NCBI GenBank assembly: GCA_016185545.1
Contig: JACPNJ010000005.1
Location: forward strand, 271,717 to 335,716
Direction of reading: 5' to 3'
Length of the DNA: 64,000 nt
Source: Candidatus Yanofskybacteria bacterium
GTDB lineage: Bacteria; Patescibacteriota; Minisyncoccia; 2-02-FULL-40-12; IGHO2-01-FULL-4-A
The translations under genes were made by a program, and so were the position numbers. A model generated the notes under the pieces. It did not search any database. It saw only the letters and a program-made list of their open reading frames with translations, and was not told the origin of the DNA. Shown piece by piece: positions 19,928 through 29,706 of this stretch. Positions within the stretch are counted from its first letter, which is position 1. The number at the start of each line of letters is the position of its first letter.

Positions 19928-20512
19928 TTATTGGTTATATTTACTTGGCAGATTTTGACGACCCCAACGAAGCGTTTTGGCCATCCAAACCAGCTCTTCA
20001 AGAAAATTATCTACTCGCCGATAAACGGCTTCTTCTTTGGGTTTTCCGTTTTCATCAAAAAAATCTTGGACCTTGAAAAAGTTAAGGTCAGAAAATGTAA
20101 CCGCCAAACCAAGTTCCCTGACAACCTGAACCAGTTGTTCAATAACCCGCGCTCCTCCAAATCCGCCGGCTGATACGCCGACAAGTCCGACTGTTTTGTG
20201 AATATATTCCTTAAGAAGAACATCAAGAGCCCGCTTTAAACTTCCCGGGTAGCCATGATTATACTCCGGCGCAATGACAATAAGCCCGTCGGCACGGATT
20301 ATGGCATCGCGCCACTTTGTATTTTTTTCTTTCAAACCGCTATAACCCCCTTCGTCATCCATCGGCAAATCCATTTCACGCGGATCAAAAAGTTCCGTTT
20401 CAATTTCGGTATGTTTGGAAACCTGTTCAAATAAAAACTTAGCAACTTTTTCGCTTTGCCTATCTTTCCGGACAGTACCCAAAAGAATCGGTATAAATAA
20501 TTTTCTATCCAT
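19928..20512 (-). CDS. NAD(P)H-dependent FMN reductase (ArsH/SsuE-like flavodoxin fold)
   Basis: IVIAPEYNHGYPGSLKRALD motif. Confidence 0.75.
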   Translation of the reverse strand: MDRKLFIPILLGTVRKDRQSEKVAKFLFEQVSKHTEIETELFDPREMDLPMDDEGGYSGLKEKNTKWRDAIIRADGLIVIAPEYNHGYPGSLKRALDVLLKEYIHKTVGLVGVSAGGFGGARVIEQLVQVVRELGLAVTFSDLNFFKVQDFFDENGKPKEEAVYRRVDNFLEELVWMAKTLRWGRQNLPSKYNQ

Positions 20513-20837
20513 ATTGATTGAATGGTTACTGAAATTATATTCTAGCTATTAATATTTGACAATAAATAAATATTTCTGGATTAAACTTTCAGGAGGAAGA
20601 ACGATTTCGTTCTTCCTCCTGTGTTCCAGCCCTCGCTCTTTCTAATAAGAGGAGGGCTCCATACAGCAGCCCTCTTGGCAGTGGGCTACCGCGCGCAGGA
20701 ACCACTTTTTGCGCTGTGGCATGACTTTTCCCTCCTTTCCCTATGTAGTTGCTATAGACCAATGGACTTTTTAAGTCCGTGGCAATTTAGCAACCCATAG
20801 CAAGACAAGCAGGTGTTATCATTTGAACAACCATTCA

Positions 20838-20866
20838 AGTATACTGCCAAACGGACATGAAGTCAA
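20838..20866 (-). promoter_or_regulatory. Second copy of the TTGACT-17-TATACT promoter motif, followed by a ~300-nt structured leader
   Basis: The reverse complement reads TTGACTTcatgtccgtttggcagTATACT. The leader at 20513-20830 contains a perfect 12-bp hairpin (20591-20620). Confidence 0.4.
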
Positions 20867-20900
20867 TGTGGATAAAAATTACCCCTTTTGAAGGGGTAAT

Positions 20901-21602
20901 TTATTTGTCATCATTTGGTTTTTCTTTCAATAGCGCTTCGGTTCCTCCTCTGGTGCCGACCCTGGCAACATGTTTTTCTTCAAATTCGTTTATTTCTCCT
21001 TTGCGCGCTTTAATCAGCATGGCATAATTCATTAAATTACGGGCCATCACGTCTAGCATCGCTTTGGTGGCTTGATTTTTGCGGCGCTTTGTCGCGTCCA
21101 CATTCATGCCTCCGCCAACCTCGCCCACCCAATAAGCGACACTCTCGGGCGGTATGACAAATCCGAGCCACTGCAAGAAATTATACAAATTCCCTACAAT
21201 ATGCTGAACTCCGTCTTCGTGGCCGGTAATAACCAAACCGGCGACTTTATGATAGAGATCTGATTTTCCGGTCATAATATACGACTCGTCAAAATGAGTC
21301 ATTCGTTCCATAACTCGCTGAATCAAACTTGATTGTCCGCCCCACCAAATGGGCGTGGCGAAAATAACAATGTCCGCTTGTCGCAAAGCGTCGGCAATTT
21401 TGAGCCATTCATCGTCGTCAGACATCTTTTCCTCCAAGCCCACCGGAATATTCATATTGGCCAAACGAAACTTCTCTACCTCAACTCCATATTCGGCAAA
21501 ATGATTCAAAAGATCATTAACAAGCTCATCAGTATTAGACGGCTCATTCCCGGTCTTAAGAGTTCCCAATAAAACTATTGCTTTTAGTTTTTGTTCCGCC
21601 AT
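20901..21602 (-). CDS. Flavodoxin-like NAD(P)H:quinone oxidoreductase family protein
   Basis: IVIFATPIWWGGQSS motif. Confidence 0.7.
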   Translation of the reverse strand: MAEQKLKAIVLLGTLKTGNEPSNTDELVNDLLNHFAEYGVEVEKFRLANMNIPVGLEEKMSDDDEWLKIADALRQADIVIFATPIWWGGQSSLIQRVMERMTHFDESYIMTGKSDLYHKVAGLVITGHEDGVQHIVGNLYNFLQWLGFVIPPESVAYWVGEVGGGMNVDATKRRKNQATKAMLDVMARNLMNYAMLIKARKGEINEFEEKHVARVGTRGGTEALLKEKPNDDK

Positions 21603-21605
21603 AAT

Positions 21606-21839
21606 TTATTCGGTATTTATCTTGCAAAATTTGCAAAACTTGTGCCAAAAGTCAGGATGATCAACAATTAACTCTTCCAGTATAGCAAATGGGATAACGA
21701 TAACAACGGCTCCCAATACAACACGGGGATTTATTATTTGATCGGTCAAAAAATGCAAAGACAACAAATTGTCGGCCAGATTGGATATCAGACCAAAAAT
21801 TATAAATTCTAAAATTCTGAATTTAGTCCGTGTTTTCAT
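21606..21839 (-). CDS. Small hydrophobic protein
   Basis: 77 aa, two TM segments. Confidence 0.35.
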   Translation of the reverse strand: MKTRTKFRILEFIIFGLISNLADNLLSLHFLTDQIINPRVVLGAVVIVIPFAILEELIVDHPDFWHKFCKFCKINTE

Positions 21840-21845
21840 GAGGTT

Positions 21846-22229
21846 TTATTTTATCTGCCACTTGAAAATTAAATAGGATAAGATGCCAAGCTGAATAGTT
21901 GGCGTTAGGCCGGTATTTATCAACGGAATAATGGGCATAAATTCATTATACGCCCATCGGCCGGTTTTTAAAGCAGATAACTCTATTATAATTGCAACGA
22001 TAATGCCCATCAGCAACACATACCATTTTCTTTCTCTAAAGTAGACGATCTTAATAAATAATATGGCTAAAAGTGTTATAAAAACTGCATCAAAAAGTGT
22101 AGCTCGCAACAAAATGAGTCGAGTTATTTCTCCTGCCTTATAATGGATATACAGATATGAATGAAGATTTTCCCAAACCAAATTCAGTAAAAAGGCAACT
22201 GCAAATATTATGGAAAGTTTTTTGATCAT
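21846..22229 (-). CDS. Multi-pass membrane protein
   Basis: Four TM helices. Confidence 0.4.
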   Translation of the reverse strand: MIKKLSIIFAVAFLLNLVWENLHSYLYIHYKAGEITRLILLRATLFDAVFITLLAILFIKIVYFRERKWYVLLMGIIVAIIIELSALKTGRWAYNEFMPIIPLINTGLTPTIQLGILSYLIFKWQIK

Positions 22230-22304
22230 AGTCCTATTTTATATGATATATCTAGGTATTTAAATTGAGCTGAGAGCATTGGCAAGATCTTAACTAAATT
22301 CCAG

Positions 22305-22865
22305 CTATAATCTCCAACACACTGCCTTCGGTGTCCACACCCCATAATGGAAAGACTCGGGACCGTCAATTATACAGTAATCGGACCCGCCATCCCAAGC
22401 CGGATCCCTAAATTGAGAAAAATATTTTCCTTGGGGATGGGTTATAAGCTTAAAATCTATCCCGTCAGACGCATACACCCACGAATGGGCAATACCTCCA
22501 CAATTCAGGGATGGATCACTGGGCAATCTGAGGATGTATTTGGGAGCAAGGCCGGGAATATATTCCTGGCCAGAGCATTCCATCAGCTTAACTAACGGCC
22601 CTCCCGGCTCAAAGGTTTTAGGATAATTATAGTTTTCGGAACGATAAACCTCCAAAGCGATCTGAAGCTGTTCCAAATTAGTAATACGGGTCGTGTCTCT
22701 ATTTTTTAACCGTATTACATTTAATTGAATTGCAAATTGAGTTGATAAAATTCCCATAATTGATATGACCACCAAAAGCTCTATTAAAGTGAATCCTTGG
22801 TTATTTTTAATTATTTGGTAAATTTTCACTTGGTAAATTTTCCCGTAAATGGCTTTGAATACCAA
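22305..22865 (-). CDS. Type IV pilin / pseudopilin (prepilin N-terminal methylation motif)
   Basis: G|FTLIELLVVISIMGIL class III signal sequence. Confidence 0.7.
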   Translation of the reverse strand: MVFKAIYGKIYQVKIYQIIKNNQGFTLIELLVVISIMGILSTQFAIQLNVIRLKNRDTTRITNLEQLQIALEVYRSENYNYPKTFEPGGPLVKLMECSGQEYIPGLAPKYILRLPSDPSLNCGGIAHSWVYASDGIDFKLITHPQGKYFSQFRDPAWDGGSDYCIIDGPESFHYGVWTPKAVCWRL

Positions 22866-23067
22866 TAGTTTCTTCAGGATACTTTATTTGTAAAGATTTA
22901 TAAACAAAATACAAGCCAACCGACAGCGATATCGAGAATATCACAATAACCCATATCAATTTTTCTATCAAAAGATCTTTTTCTGACTTAATAGAGCCGG
23001 GTTTATATTGTAAGAAGGGAAAATTAAACTTCTTGTTAAAACCTAATATTTTTTCTAGTATCCTCAT
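22807..23067 (-). CDS. Hypothetical small membrane protein
   Basis: ORF with one TM; overlaps the pilin 5' end. Confidence 0.3.
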   Translation of the reverse strand: MRILEKILGFNKKFNFPFLQYKPGSIKSEKDLLIEKLIWVIVIFSISLSVGLYFVYKSLQIKYPEETIGIQSHLRENLPSENLPNN

Positions 23068-23457
23068 ACTTATTATTTTAAATTATTCCTGAAAAATTGA
23101 GAAGTGTATGCAGACCACAAGCCAATTCTGTCGCTTTGGGAGATAATAATTCTCTCAAGAAAAATTATCTTGAAAAAGTCGGCTCGAACCCCCAGCTCAC
23201 GGAGCGAGCGGTTTCGGTTTCGTTCAAAAATGACTGGCAAATTCTCGCTGAATTCAATGCCGAGCGGCGACTTGTCCGCTGAAGCCCGCAGGGCGAAGGA
23301 GGAAGCCGCGAGGCAACTTCTGATGTTTGTATTACTTGGCTGCGGAGTTAGAACACTCTCAAACTCTGAAGGAGAACAAGTTCCCTACGGGGCATGCTTT
23401 TGAAATCATCTTACCAAATCTGATACACAAATCCAAAAAGCGAAATCTCCGCTGATT

Positions 23458-26142
23458 TTACGGAATTTGCAGAGGCAGAGATGGTGCAAAAACTTTTTTC
23501 TTAGAAAACTCAATGAGCAAAATTTCCACCAAGCTTATGCTAAAGATAATTGACCACTCAATTATATCCAGCGGCTGGGTAGATAAAAGTTTCTGCAGTG
23601 GCGGCAAGTAAATCGCGCCAATGAGCAACAGAAAACTTATGACCACCGCCCCGACAAGATAACGATTTGAAAAGATATCCTTTCTGAAAATAGTTCGCTT
23701 AAACGAGCGGACGCTGAACACGAAAACGAGAGAATCGAGACCCATAAGGGCAAATACTATTGTCCGTGTTTTTTGTATGTCGCCCGTCAGTTTCCAAAGG
23801 ATAAAGAAAGAAAGAAATGCCGCTATCCCCGTAATTAAAAATATGGCGGCCATCCAATGCTTCATGGGTTTATTCAGTATCGGCTCTTTTGGATTTCTGG
23901 GCTTCTCTTCCATCACTCCTTTGGTTTCCTGCTCGATGGTAAGGGCGATATCAGGGAGGCCGTCTTCCACGAGATTGATCCAAAGAATTTGCGCAGGAAG
24001 CAACGGCAGCGGAAATCCCATCGCCATGCTTCCTAAAAATAAAAAGAGTTCGGAAAAATCATCGGCAACTAAATACACGAAAACTTTTCGGATATTACCA
24101 AAGACAACTCGGCCCTGCTCGATCGCTTTTACCACGGTTTTGAAATTGTCATCCAAAATAACCAGATCAGCCACTTCTTTCGCCACATCGGTGCCGGAAC
24201 CGACCGCCACACCGATATCCGCGGCTTTCAAGGCCGGCGCGTCGTTTACCCCGTCTCCAAGCATCGCCACCACTTCCTCGTTTGCCTGAAGCGCGGCAAC
24301 GATTCTTAATTTATGACGCGGGGAAACGCGGGCATAAATGGAAAGATGTTTGGCTTTTTCTCTCAATTTCTCGTCGCTCGTAGTTTCCAACTCTTTGCCG
24401 TCAATTATGTTTTCGTCTCCGGCGTCAAGGCCGATTTCTTCGGCAATGGCTTTGGCGGTTAATCGGTGATCGCCGGTTACAATGACGGTGCGGATTCCGG
24501 CCTTTTTGGTGATTCTAATATATTCTTTGGCATCTTGGCGAAGGGGATCTTTTAGGGCGATAAATCCCACCAGCGTGAGTTCTTTTACCAAGTCGGCAAG
24601 ATTTTGGTATTTTGTGTCGGCGTTGTAATCCTTGTGAGCGCAGGCAAGCACTCGCAATCCTTTTTGAGTCAGCGATTCGAATTTTCGGATCAATTTGTCG
24701 AATTCCGAAGTGCCGAGTTTTTCTTTTCGTCCGTCAATATCCAAATCAATGGAACGCGCGATGATTTCTTCCGGCGCGCCTATGACATAGAGCGAATTTT
24801 TATATTCGCTTACGCGATGGAAAGCGGCGGCGTATTTATAGTCCGACTCAAAACTGATCCTATCGATGACCGGGTATTGTTTTTCGAGTTCGTGCTTGTT
24901 TAAGCCGGCCTGCATTCCCGCTAAAAGCAGGGCACGCTCGGTCGGTCTACCGCGCATTATCCATTCCTGCAATTCGGCTTCTGGATTTTCTACAAAGGCA
25001 TCGTTTGCCAAGGTGGCAATTTTGAGCGCGGCAATGTGGGATTCTACTCCGTTGACATTCTCTCCTTTGGCAAGTCCATTAAGACCGTCGCTCATCAATT
25101 CCCTCGTGCTCGTCAAAATATGGCTCACTTGCATCTTGCCCTCGGTTAGCGTGCCGGTTTTATCGGTACAGATAACGGTTACGCCACCCAGTGTTTCTGT
25201 CGCAGATAATTTTCTTACTAAGCCGTTTGTTTTGAAAATGCGCCGCATTCCCAACACAAGAATAACGGTTATCGCTGGAAGCAAGCCCTCCGGGATTGCC
25301 GAAACCACCAAAGCCAGAGATGCCACAAAAACCTCTGCTAAATTTTTCTCGGTGAAATAACCTTCAATGAGAATAATGAAAATAATAGAGAGAATAAAAA
25401 CGCCGAGCCAGCGCGAAAGTAAAACGATCTTTTTTTGAAGCGGGGTCTGCCGCTCTTTTGTTTCTTTGAGGAGCGAAACAACTTCGCCGATTTGCGTATT
25501 GATTCCCGTTGCAACAATAACGGCAGTTGCCCGTCCTTCTTCAATAATCGTTCCCATGAAAATCATGTTGTTTCGCTCGGGAAGCGGCGCGTCTTTCGGG
25601 AGTAAATCAACAACTTTCTTTTCAACTGCTTGGGATTCACCAGTGAGGCTGGCCTCATTTATTTTCAGACCCTTTGAATTGATAATTCGGCCATCGGCTG
25701 GCACTTTGTCGCCTGATTGTAAAAGCACGATGTCTCCCGCGACCAATTCCTCGCCGTCAATTTCTTTCTCATAACCATCCCGTAAAACTCTCGCTCGGAT
25801 TTTTACCATTCTTTTGAGAGCTAGAAGCGATTGGTTGGCTTTATTTTCTTGATAAAACCCGACGGTTGTATTAATGAGCAAAACAACAATTATAAATATA
25901 GAGTCGGAGTAATGTCCTAACGAAAAAGAAATGAGCACTGTTGTGATTAGGATATACATCAAAGGACTATTGAACTGACCCAAAAAGAGCCGTATTTTTG
26001 AATACGGTTTTTCTTGGGGAAGAGTATTGCGTCCGGATTTTTTCAGCCGCCGATTTGCTTCCGAATCGGTAAGCCCGATCTCTTTCGTTTTTAATTCAGC
26101 GACAACACTGTTCAGTGGAATCGCATACCAATTTTTACCCAT
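23458..26142 (-). CDS. P2-type cation-transporting P-type ATPase (Ca2+/Mg2+-type)
   Basis: DKTGTLT phosphorylation site, TGES, GDGVNDAPALK hinge, 10 TM. Confidence 0.9.
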   Translation of the reverse strand: MGKNWYAIPLNSVVAELKTKEIGLTDSEANRRLKKSGRNTLPQEKPYSKIRLFLGQFNSPLMYILITTVLISFSLGHYSDSIFIIVVLLINTTVGFYQENKANQSLLALKRMVKIRARVLRDGYEKEIDGEELVAGDIVLLQSGDKVPADGRIINSKGLKINEASLTGESQAVEKKVVDLLPKDAPLPERNNMIFMGTIIEEGRATAVIVATGINTQIGEVVSLLKETKERQTPLQKKIVLLSRWLGVFILSIIFIILIEGYFTEKNLAEVFVASLALVVSAIPEGLLPAITVILVLGMRRIFKTNGLVRKLSATETLGGVTVICTDKTGTLTEGKMQVSHILTSTRELMSDGLNGLAKGENVNGVESHIAALKIATLANDAFVENPEAELQEWIMRGRPTERALLLAGMQAGLNKHELEKQYPVIDRISFESDYKYAAAFHRVSEYKNSLYVIGAPEEIIARSIDLDIDGRKEKLGTSEFDKLIRKFESLTQKGLRVLACAHKDYNADTKYQNLADLVKELTLVGFIALKDPLRQDAKEYIRITKKAGIRTVIVTGDHRLTAKAIAEEIGLDAGDENIIDGKELETTSDEKLREKAKHLSIYARVSPRHKLRIVAALQANEEVVAMLGDGVNDAPALKAADIGVAVGSGTDVAKEVADLVILDDNFKTVVKAIEQGRVVFGNIRKVFVYLVADDFSELFLFLGSMAMGFPLPLLPAQILWINLVEDGLPDIALTIEQETKGVMEEKPRNPKEPILNKPMKHWMAAIFLITGIAAFLSFFILWKLTGDIQKTRTIVFALMGLDSLVFVFSVRSFKRTIFRKDIFSNRYLVGAVVISFLLLIGAIYLPPLQKLLSTQPLDIIEWSIIFSISLVEILLIEFSKKKVFAPSLPLQIP

Positions 26143-26291
26143 ATATTTTTATTGTGGTATTTCTCAATCTTTTTTGTAGAAGGACTAAAAATTTCTTTAG
26201 AAATAGAAATGGTATTACCTAGGGTAGCGGGGTCATTAATTTTGTATTCAACATTGTCCATTTTAACTTTAGGTTCTAACTTACTAGCCTC

Positions 26292-26597
26292 CTAGATTAA
26301 ATAATTTCGTAATTGCTTTTTTAGATAAGTACGGCCAGAACCACTTTTCAAAAACTTCTCTCGACCTACTGCATCACGTCTATCAAGATAGGCTTCAGCG
26401 TAAATAAGTTTCCATTCGCCACTCTTTATTCTTGTGGTACGACCGCCTTGTTTAATATTATGCTCCTCGATACGCCGTTTTAAGTTATCGGTTTGCCCGA
26501 TATACCAAGATTTATCATTTTGATTTTCTAAAAGGTAGACGGTAAACATAAAATTGGCCCCGAAAAGTTCACTTCGTTCACCTCGGGGCTCACTCAA
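26292..26597 (-). CDS. GIY-YIG nuclease family protein (UPF0213-like)
   Basis: FTVYLL...WYIGQTDNLKRRIEEHN GIY-YIG core. Confidence 0.7.
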   Translation of the reverse strand: MSEPRGERSELFGANFMFTVYLLENQNDKSWYIGQTDNLKRRIEEHNIKQGGRTTRIKSGEWKLIYAEAYLDRRDAVGREKFLKSGSGRTYLKKQLRNYLI

Positions 26598-26650
26598 AAT
26601 AACGTTCTCGGCTCGCCACGAGATGAGCGAGCCTGCGAGCGAATTTTTCG

Positions 26651-26724
26651 TGGCTGCCGGGCTTGGATTCGAACCAAGATGATGTGATTCAGAGTCACAT
26701 ATCCTACCGTTAGATGACCCGGCA
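26651..26724 (-). tRNA. tRNA-Gln (CUG)
   Basis: Cloverleaf: acceptor UGCCGGG/CCCGGCA, D AUCU/GGAU, anticodon stem UGUGA/UCACA with loop CUCUGAA, T CUUGG/CCAAG with UUCGAAU; CCA encoded. Confidence 0.7.
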
Positions 26725-26795
26725 AATTTACTTAACTTTATAACAAAAAAGACGTTTTTACAACGCCCTAATTATCAATTACCAGTTACTAATTA

Positions 26796-27704
26796 CTAAA
26801 TCTTGAGGTGTTTTCTTATCGCAATCGCGCTTGAAACCATACCGAGAAACATACCGAGTAGAGTTACCATCAACACAACCTGCGGCACTCCTGTAATAAA
26901 ATAACCGAAGAGATTAATGCCGGGCGCAAAAGCCGCTATTTTATCGGAAGCAAAATAAACAGCAGGGTAAAAAATGGCAAGAGCGATAAACGCCGCGAAC
27001 AATCCATACAATCCCCCCTCGGCCAAATACGGCCCGCGGATATGCCAGTTGGAAGCGCCGACCAGCCGCATTATTTCAATCTCCTGCTTCTGGCTGAAAA
27101 TTGTGAGGCGAACAGTATTAAATGTCACTAAAACGGCAACCAGGGCAAGCACCAACGTAACTATCAAACCCCAGCTTCTGACCCCGCGTGAAATACTTTC
27201 AATTCTATCAATTACCCCCCGATTTTCATAAAAATTAATTTTGTCAATTACACCGCGCAGAGAACTATTTTCCAAAAATTGAGCAATTGACGCGTACTGT
27301 GACGGATCTTTAGTTTTTATATTAAGTGACGCCGCTAGGGGGTTAGAGTCAAGCTGTTCCAATGACTCTTGGATCAGCTCTTCTTGCGCGTGGCGCGCCT
27401 TGAAATCAGCCAAAGCTTCTTCCTGTGAAATATAGGTTACATCGGCTACTTCTGGAAGTATTGAAAGGTCGGATTTAATTTTAAGCGCCTGCTCTTCGGT
27501 GGCATCAGTTTTGAAGTAGGCACTGATGTCAATTTTTTCCTGCAGTGATGTAACGACTTGCAAACTTAAAAACTGAAGCGACAAAAGTCCAAGAAACAGA
27601 ACCAAAACCAGCGCCATAATACTGGTCGCGGCAAAACTTAAATAGCTATTTCGCTTAAAATTCGTCCACCCGGAATCAATAATTTTTTTGAAATTTATAG
27701 CCAT
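26796..27704 (-). CDS. ftsX: Cell division permease FtsX
   Basis: Four-TM FtsX topology with large periplasmic loop; downstream of ftsE. Confidence 0.75.
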   Translation of the reverse strand: MAINFKKIIDSGWTNFKRNSYLSFAATSIMALVLVLFLGLLSLQFLSLQVVTSLQEKIDISAYFKTDATEEQALKIKSDLSILPEVADVTYISQEEALADFKARHAQEELIQESLEQLDSNPLAASLNIKTKDPSQYASIAQFLENSSLRGVIDKINFYENRGVIDRIESISRGVRSWGLIVTLVLALVAVLVTFNTVRLTIFSQKQEIEIMRLVGASNWHIRGPYLAEGGLYGLFAAFIALAIFYPAVYFASDKIAAFAPGINLFGYFITGVPQVVLMVTLLGMFLGMVSSAIAIRKHLKI

Positions 27705-27824
27705 TTAATTTTACATAATCTATAATTTGACGGAGTTCAAGGCGGGCATGAGGAGCGAACCGAGACGTAGTTTGATGCTACGTCGAGGAAACACCGGAAT
27801 GCCCAACGCAGAAATCCGGCAAAT

Positions 27825-28508
27825 TTAGATTACGTAGCGACCGTTATGGGTCTGGTCGCGGACTATCTTCCCCCTATCCATACTCACCACCCTTTTCCCG
27901 ATAGAATTAACGATATTAGTATCATGCGAAGCCAAAACCACCGTCGTGCCAAGCTCGTTTATCTTCAATAATAATTTTACCACATCATAACTGTTAACCA
28001 AATCAAGGTTACCGGTCGGTTCATCGGCCAGAAGTATGCTGGGCCGGTGTATCATGGCGCGTGCAATCGCCAGCCGTTGTTTTTCACCGCCGGATAACTG
28101 CTCCGGGAAACTCTCTAACTTGTCACCCAATCCCACAATAGATAAAATCTGCGGCGCATCTTTCTCTATTTCTTCAGGCGCGGCATCAGACACCTCCATG
28201 GCAAAAGCAACATTTTCGTAGGCAGTTTTTCTGGATAATAACTTAAAATCCTGATAAACCGTGCCAATTTTGCGTCTTAAGTAGGGTATTTCTCTGTCCC
28301 TTATTTCGTCCAAGTCAGCACCTTCAATAAAAACCTTGCCGGATGTCGGACGTTCCTCTTTGGTCAGCATCTTGAGAAGGGTTGATTTACCCGCACCCGA
28401 CACCCCCACCAGGCAGACGAACTCCCCGGGTTTGATTTCCAGGTCAATGTTATCCAAAACCACATTGTGCGGTTCATATATTTTTTTTACTTTTTGGAAA
28501 CGTATCAA
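27825..28508 (-). CDS. ftsE: Cell division ATP-binding protein FtsE
   Basis: Walker [13 protein letters not shown] signature LSGGEKQR, Walker B ILLADEPT. Confidence 0.85.
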   Translation of the reverse strand: MIRFQKVKKIYEPHNVVLDNIDLEIKPGEFVCLVGVSGAGKSTLLKMLTKEERPTSGKVFIEGADLDEIRDREIPYLRRKIGTVYQDFKLLSRKTAYENVAFAMEVSDAAPEEIEKDAPQILSIVGLGDKLESFPEQLSGGEKQRLAIARAMIHRPSILLADEPTGNLDLVNSYDVVKLLLKINELGTTVVLASHDTNIVNSIGKRVVSMDRGKIVRDQTHNGRYVI

Positions 28509-28559
28509 AAGCTATAAAGCTATAAAGTTATAAAGTTATAAAGCGGATGCTTTAAAATT
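28509..28559. repeat. Octamer tandem repeat spacer (gctataaa)2(gttataaa)2 between prfB and ftsE
   Basis: Seen directly in sequence. Confidence 0.85.
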
Positions 28560-29637
28560 TTACGGCTTTACGTCTTGTATTGCTTGGATCTCGGCCTCAA
28601 TAAAATCTTCCAGTTCCCCTTCTAACACCTTATCCGGCTGGCTGGATTCAATTCCCGTACGATGATCTTTGACCTGTTTGTAGGGATTCAGGACATAGGA
28701 ACGTATCTGGCTTCCCCATTCTATTTCACGCGATTCGGCACGCAATTGGGTCAGTTCGGCGACTTTTTTGTCTTCCATCAATTTGGCCAGCCGCGATTTG
28801 AGAATCTGCATAGCTTTTTCTTTATTCTGCGCCTGCGAGCGTTCTGATTGCACAGCAACCGCTATGTTTGTAGGAATATGCGTAATACGCACTGCGGTTT
28901 CAAGCTTATTAACATTCTGGCCGCCAGGACCGGATGAACGGAATGTGTCCACACGCAAATCCTTGGAATCAATTTCTATTTTAACATCTTCCAGCTCCGG
29001 CAAAATATCCACCAGCACAAATGAAGTATGGCGCAAACCTTTGGCCGAAAACGGCGAAATTCTCACTAAGCGGTGTACGCCCGATTCACCTTTCAGATAT
29101 CCGTAGGCAAACTGTCCACCGATTTCTGCAACCGCGTTTTTAGTGCCGTTTTGTTCACCAAGTGATTGGTCAAGAATTGTAAAACTCCAACCGTTATTCT
29201 CCGCATATTTCTGATACATCCTCAAAAGCATGCTAGCCCAATCTTGCGCATCAACCCCGCCAGCGCCGGAATATACGTAAAGTAAGGCATGCCCGCGATT
29301 ATACTTACCGGAAAGAAAAGCTCCGATATATCGTTTATCAAATTTTTTTTTAAACTGCAGGATCTCGGAAGAACGGCTAGAAAGCTCGAAATCGCTTAAT
29401 TGCAAAAAATCATCAAGTTTTTTGTTAAAATTGCCCCAGAAAACCGTTTCCTCTTTCAAATTATTTAATTCTTTTGATAATCGGCCGGCTTTTTCATGGT
29501 CTTTCCAAAAATCAGGCGACTGCATCTGGAATTCAATGTCACTGATTTTCAACCGCATTTCGTTCAATTCAAAGACGGTCCCAGATGGTCTGGGCTTTAT
29601 TTGCTATTTTATTCAACTCTAGGCGCAAATTTGTCAT
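28560..29637 (-). CDS. prfB: Peptide chain release factor 2 with programmed +1 frameshift
   Basis: ORF0 MTNLRLELNKIANKAQTIWDRL ends at CUU UGA (29569-29574). The +1 frame continues ELNEMRLKISD..., carrying the SPF and GGQ motifs. Confidence 0.85.
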
Positions 29638-29706
29638 AGTCTTATTTTATCAAATAAAATTCCATAAATCAAAAAGCGGCTTAAGCCGCTTTTTGATTTA
29701 TGGAAT

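Noticed and set aside
20513-20830. Cobalamin, FMN or SRP-RNA identity for the structured leader
   Set aside because: It contains CCCACUGCC and AGGGAA-like strings. I could not align the B12 box, the FMN core or the SRP domain IV convincingly by eye. Left as an unclassified structured leader.
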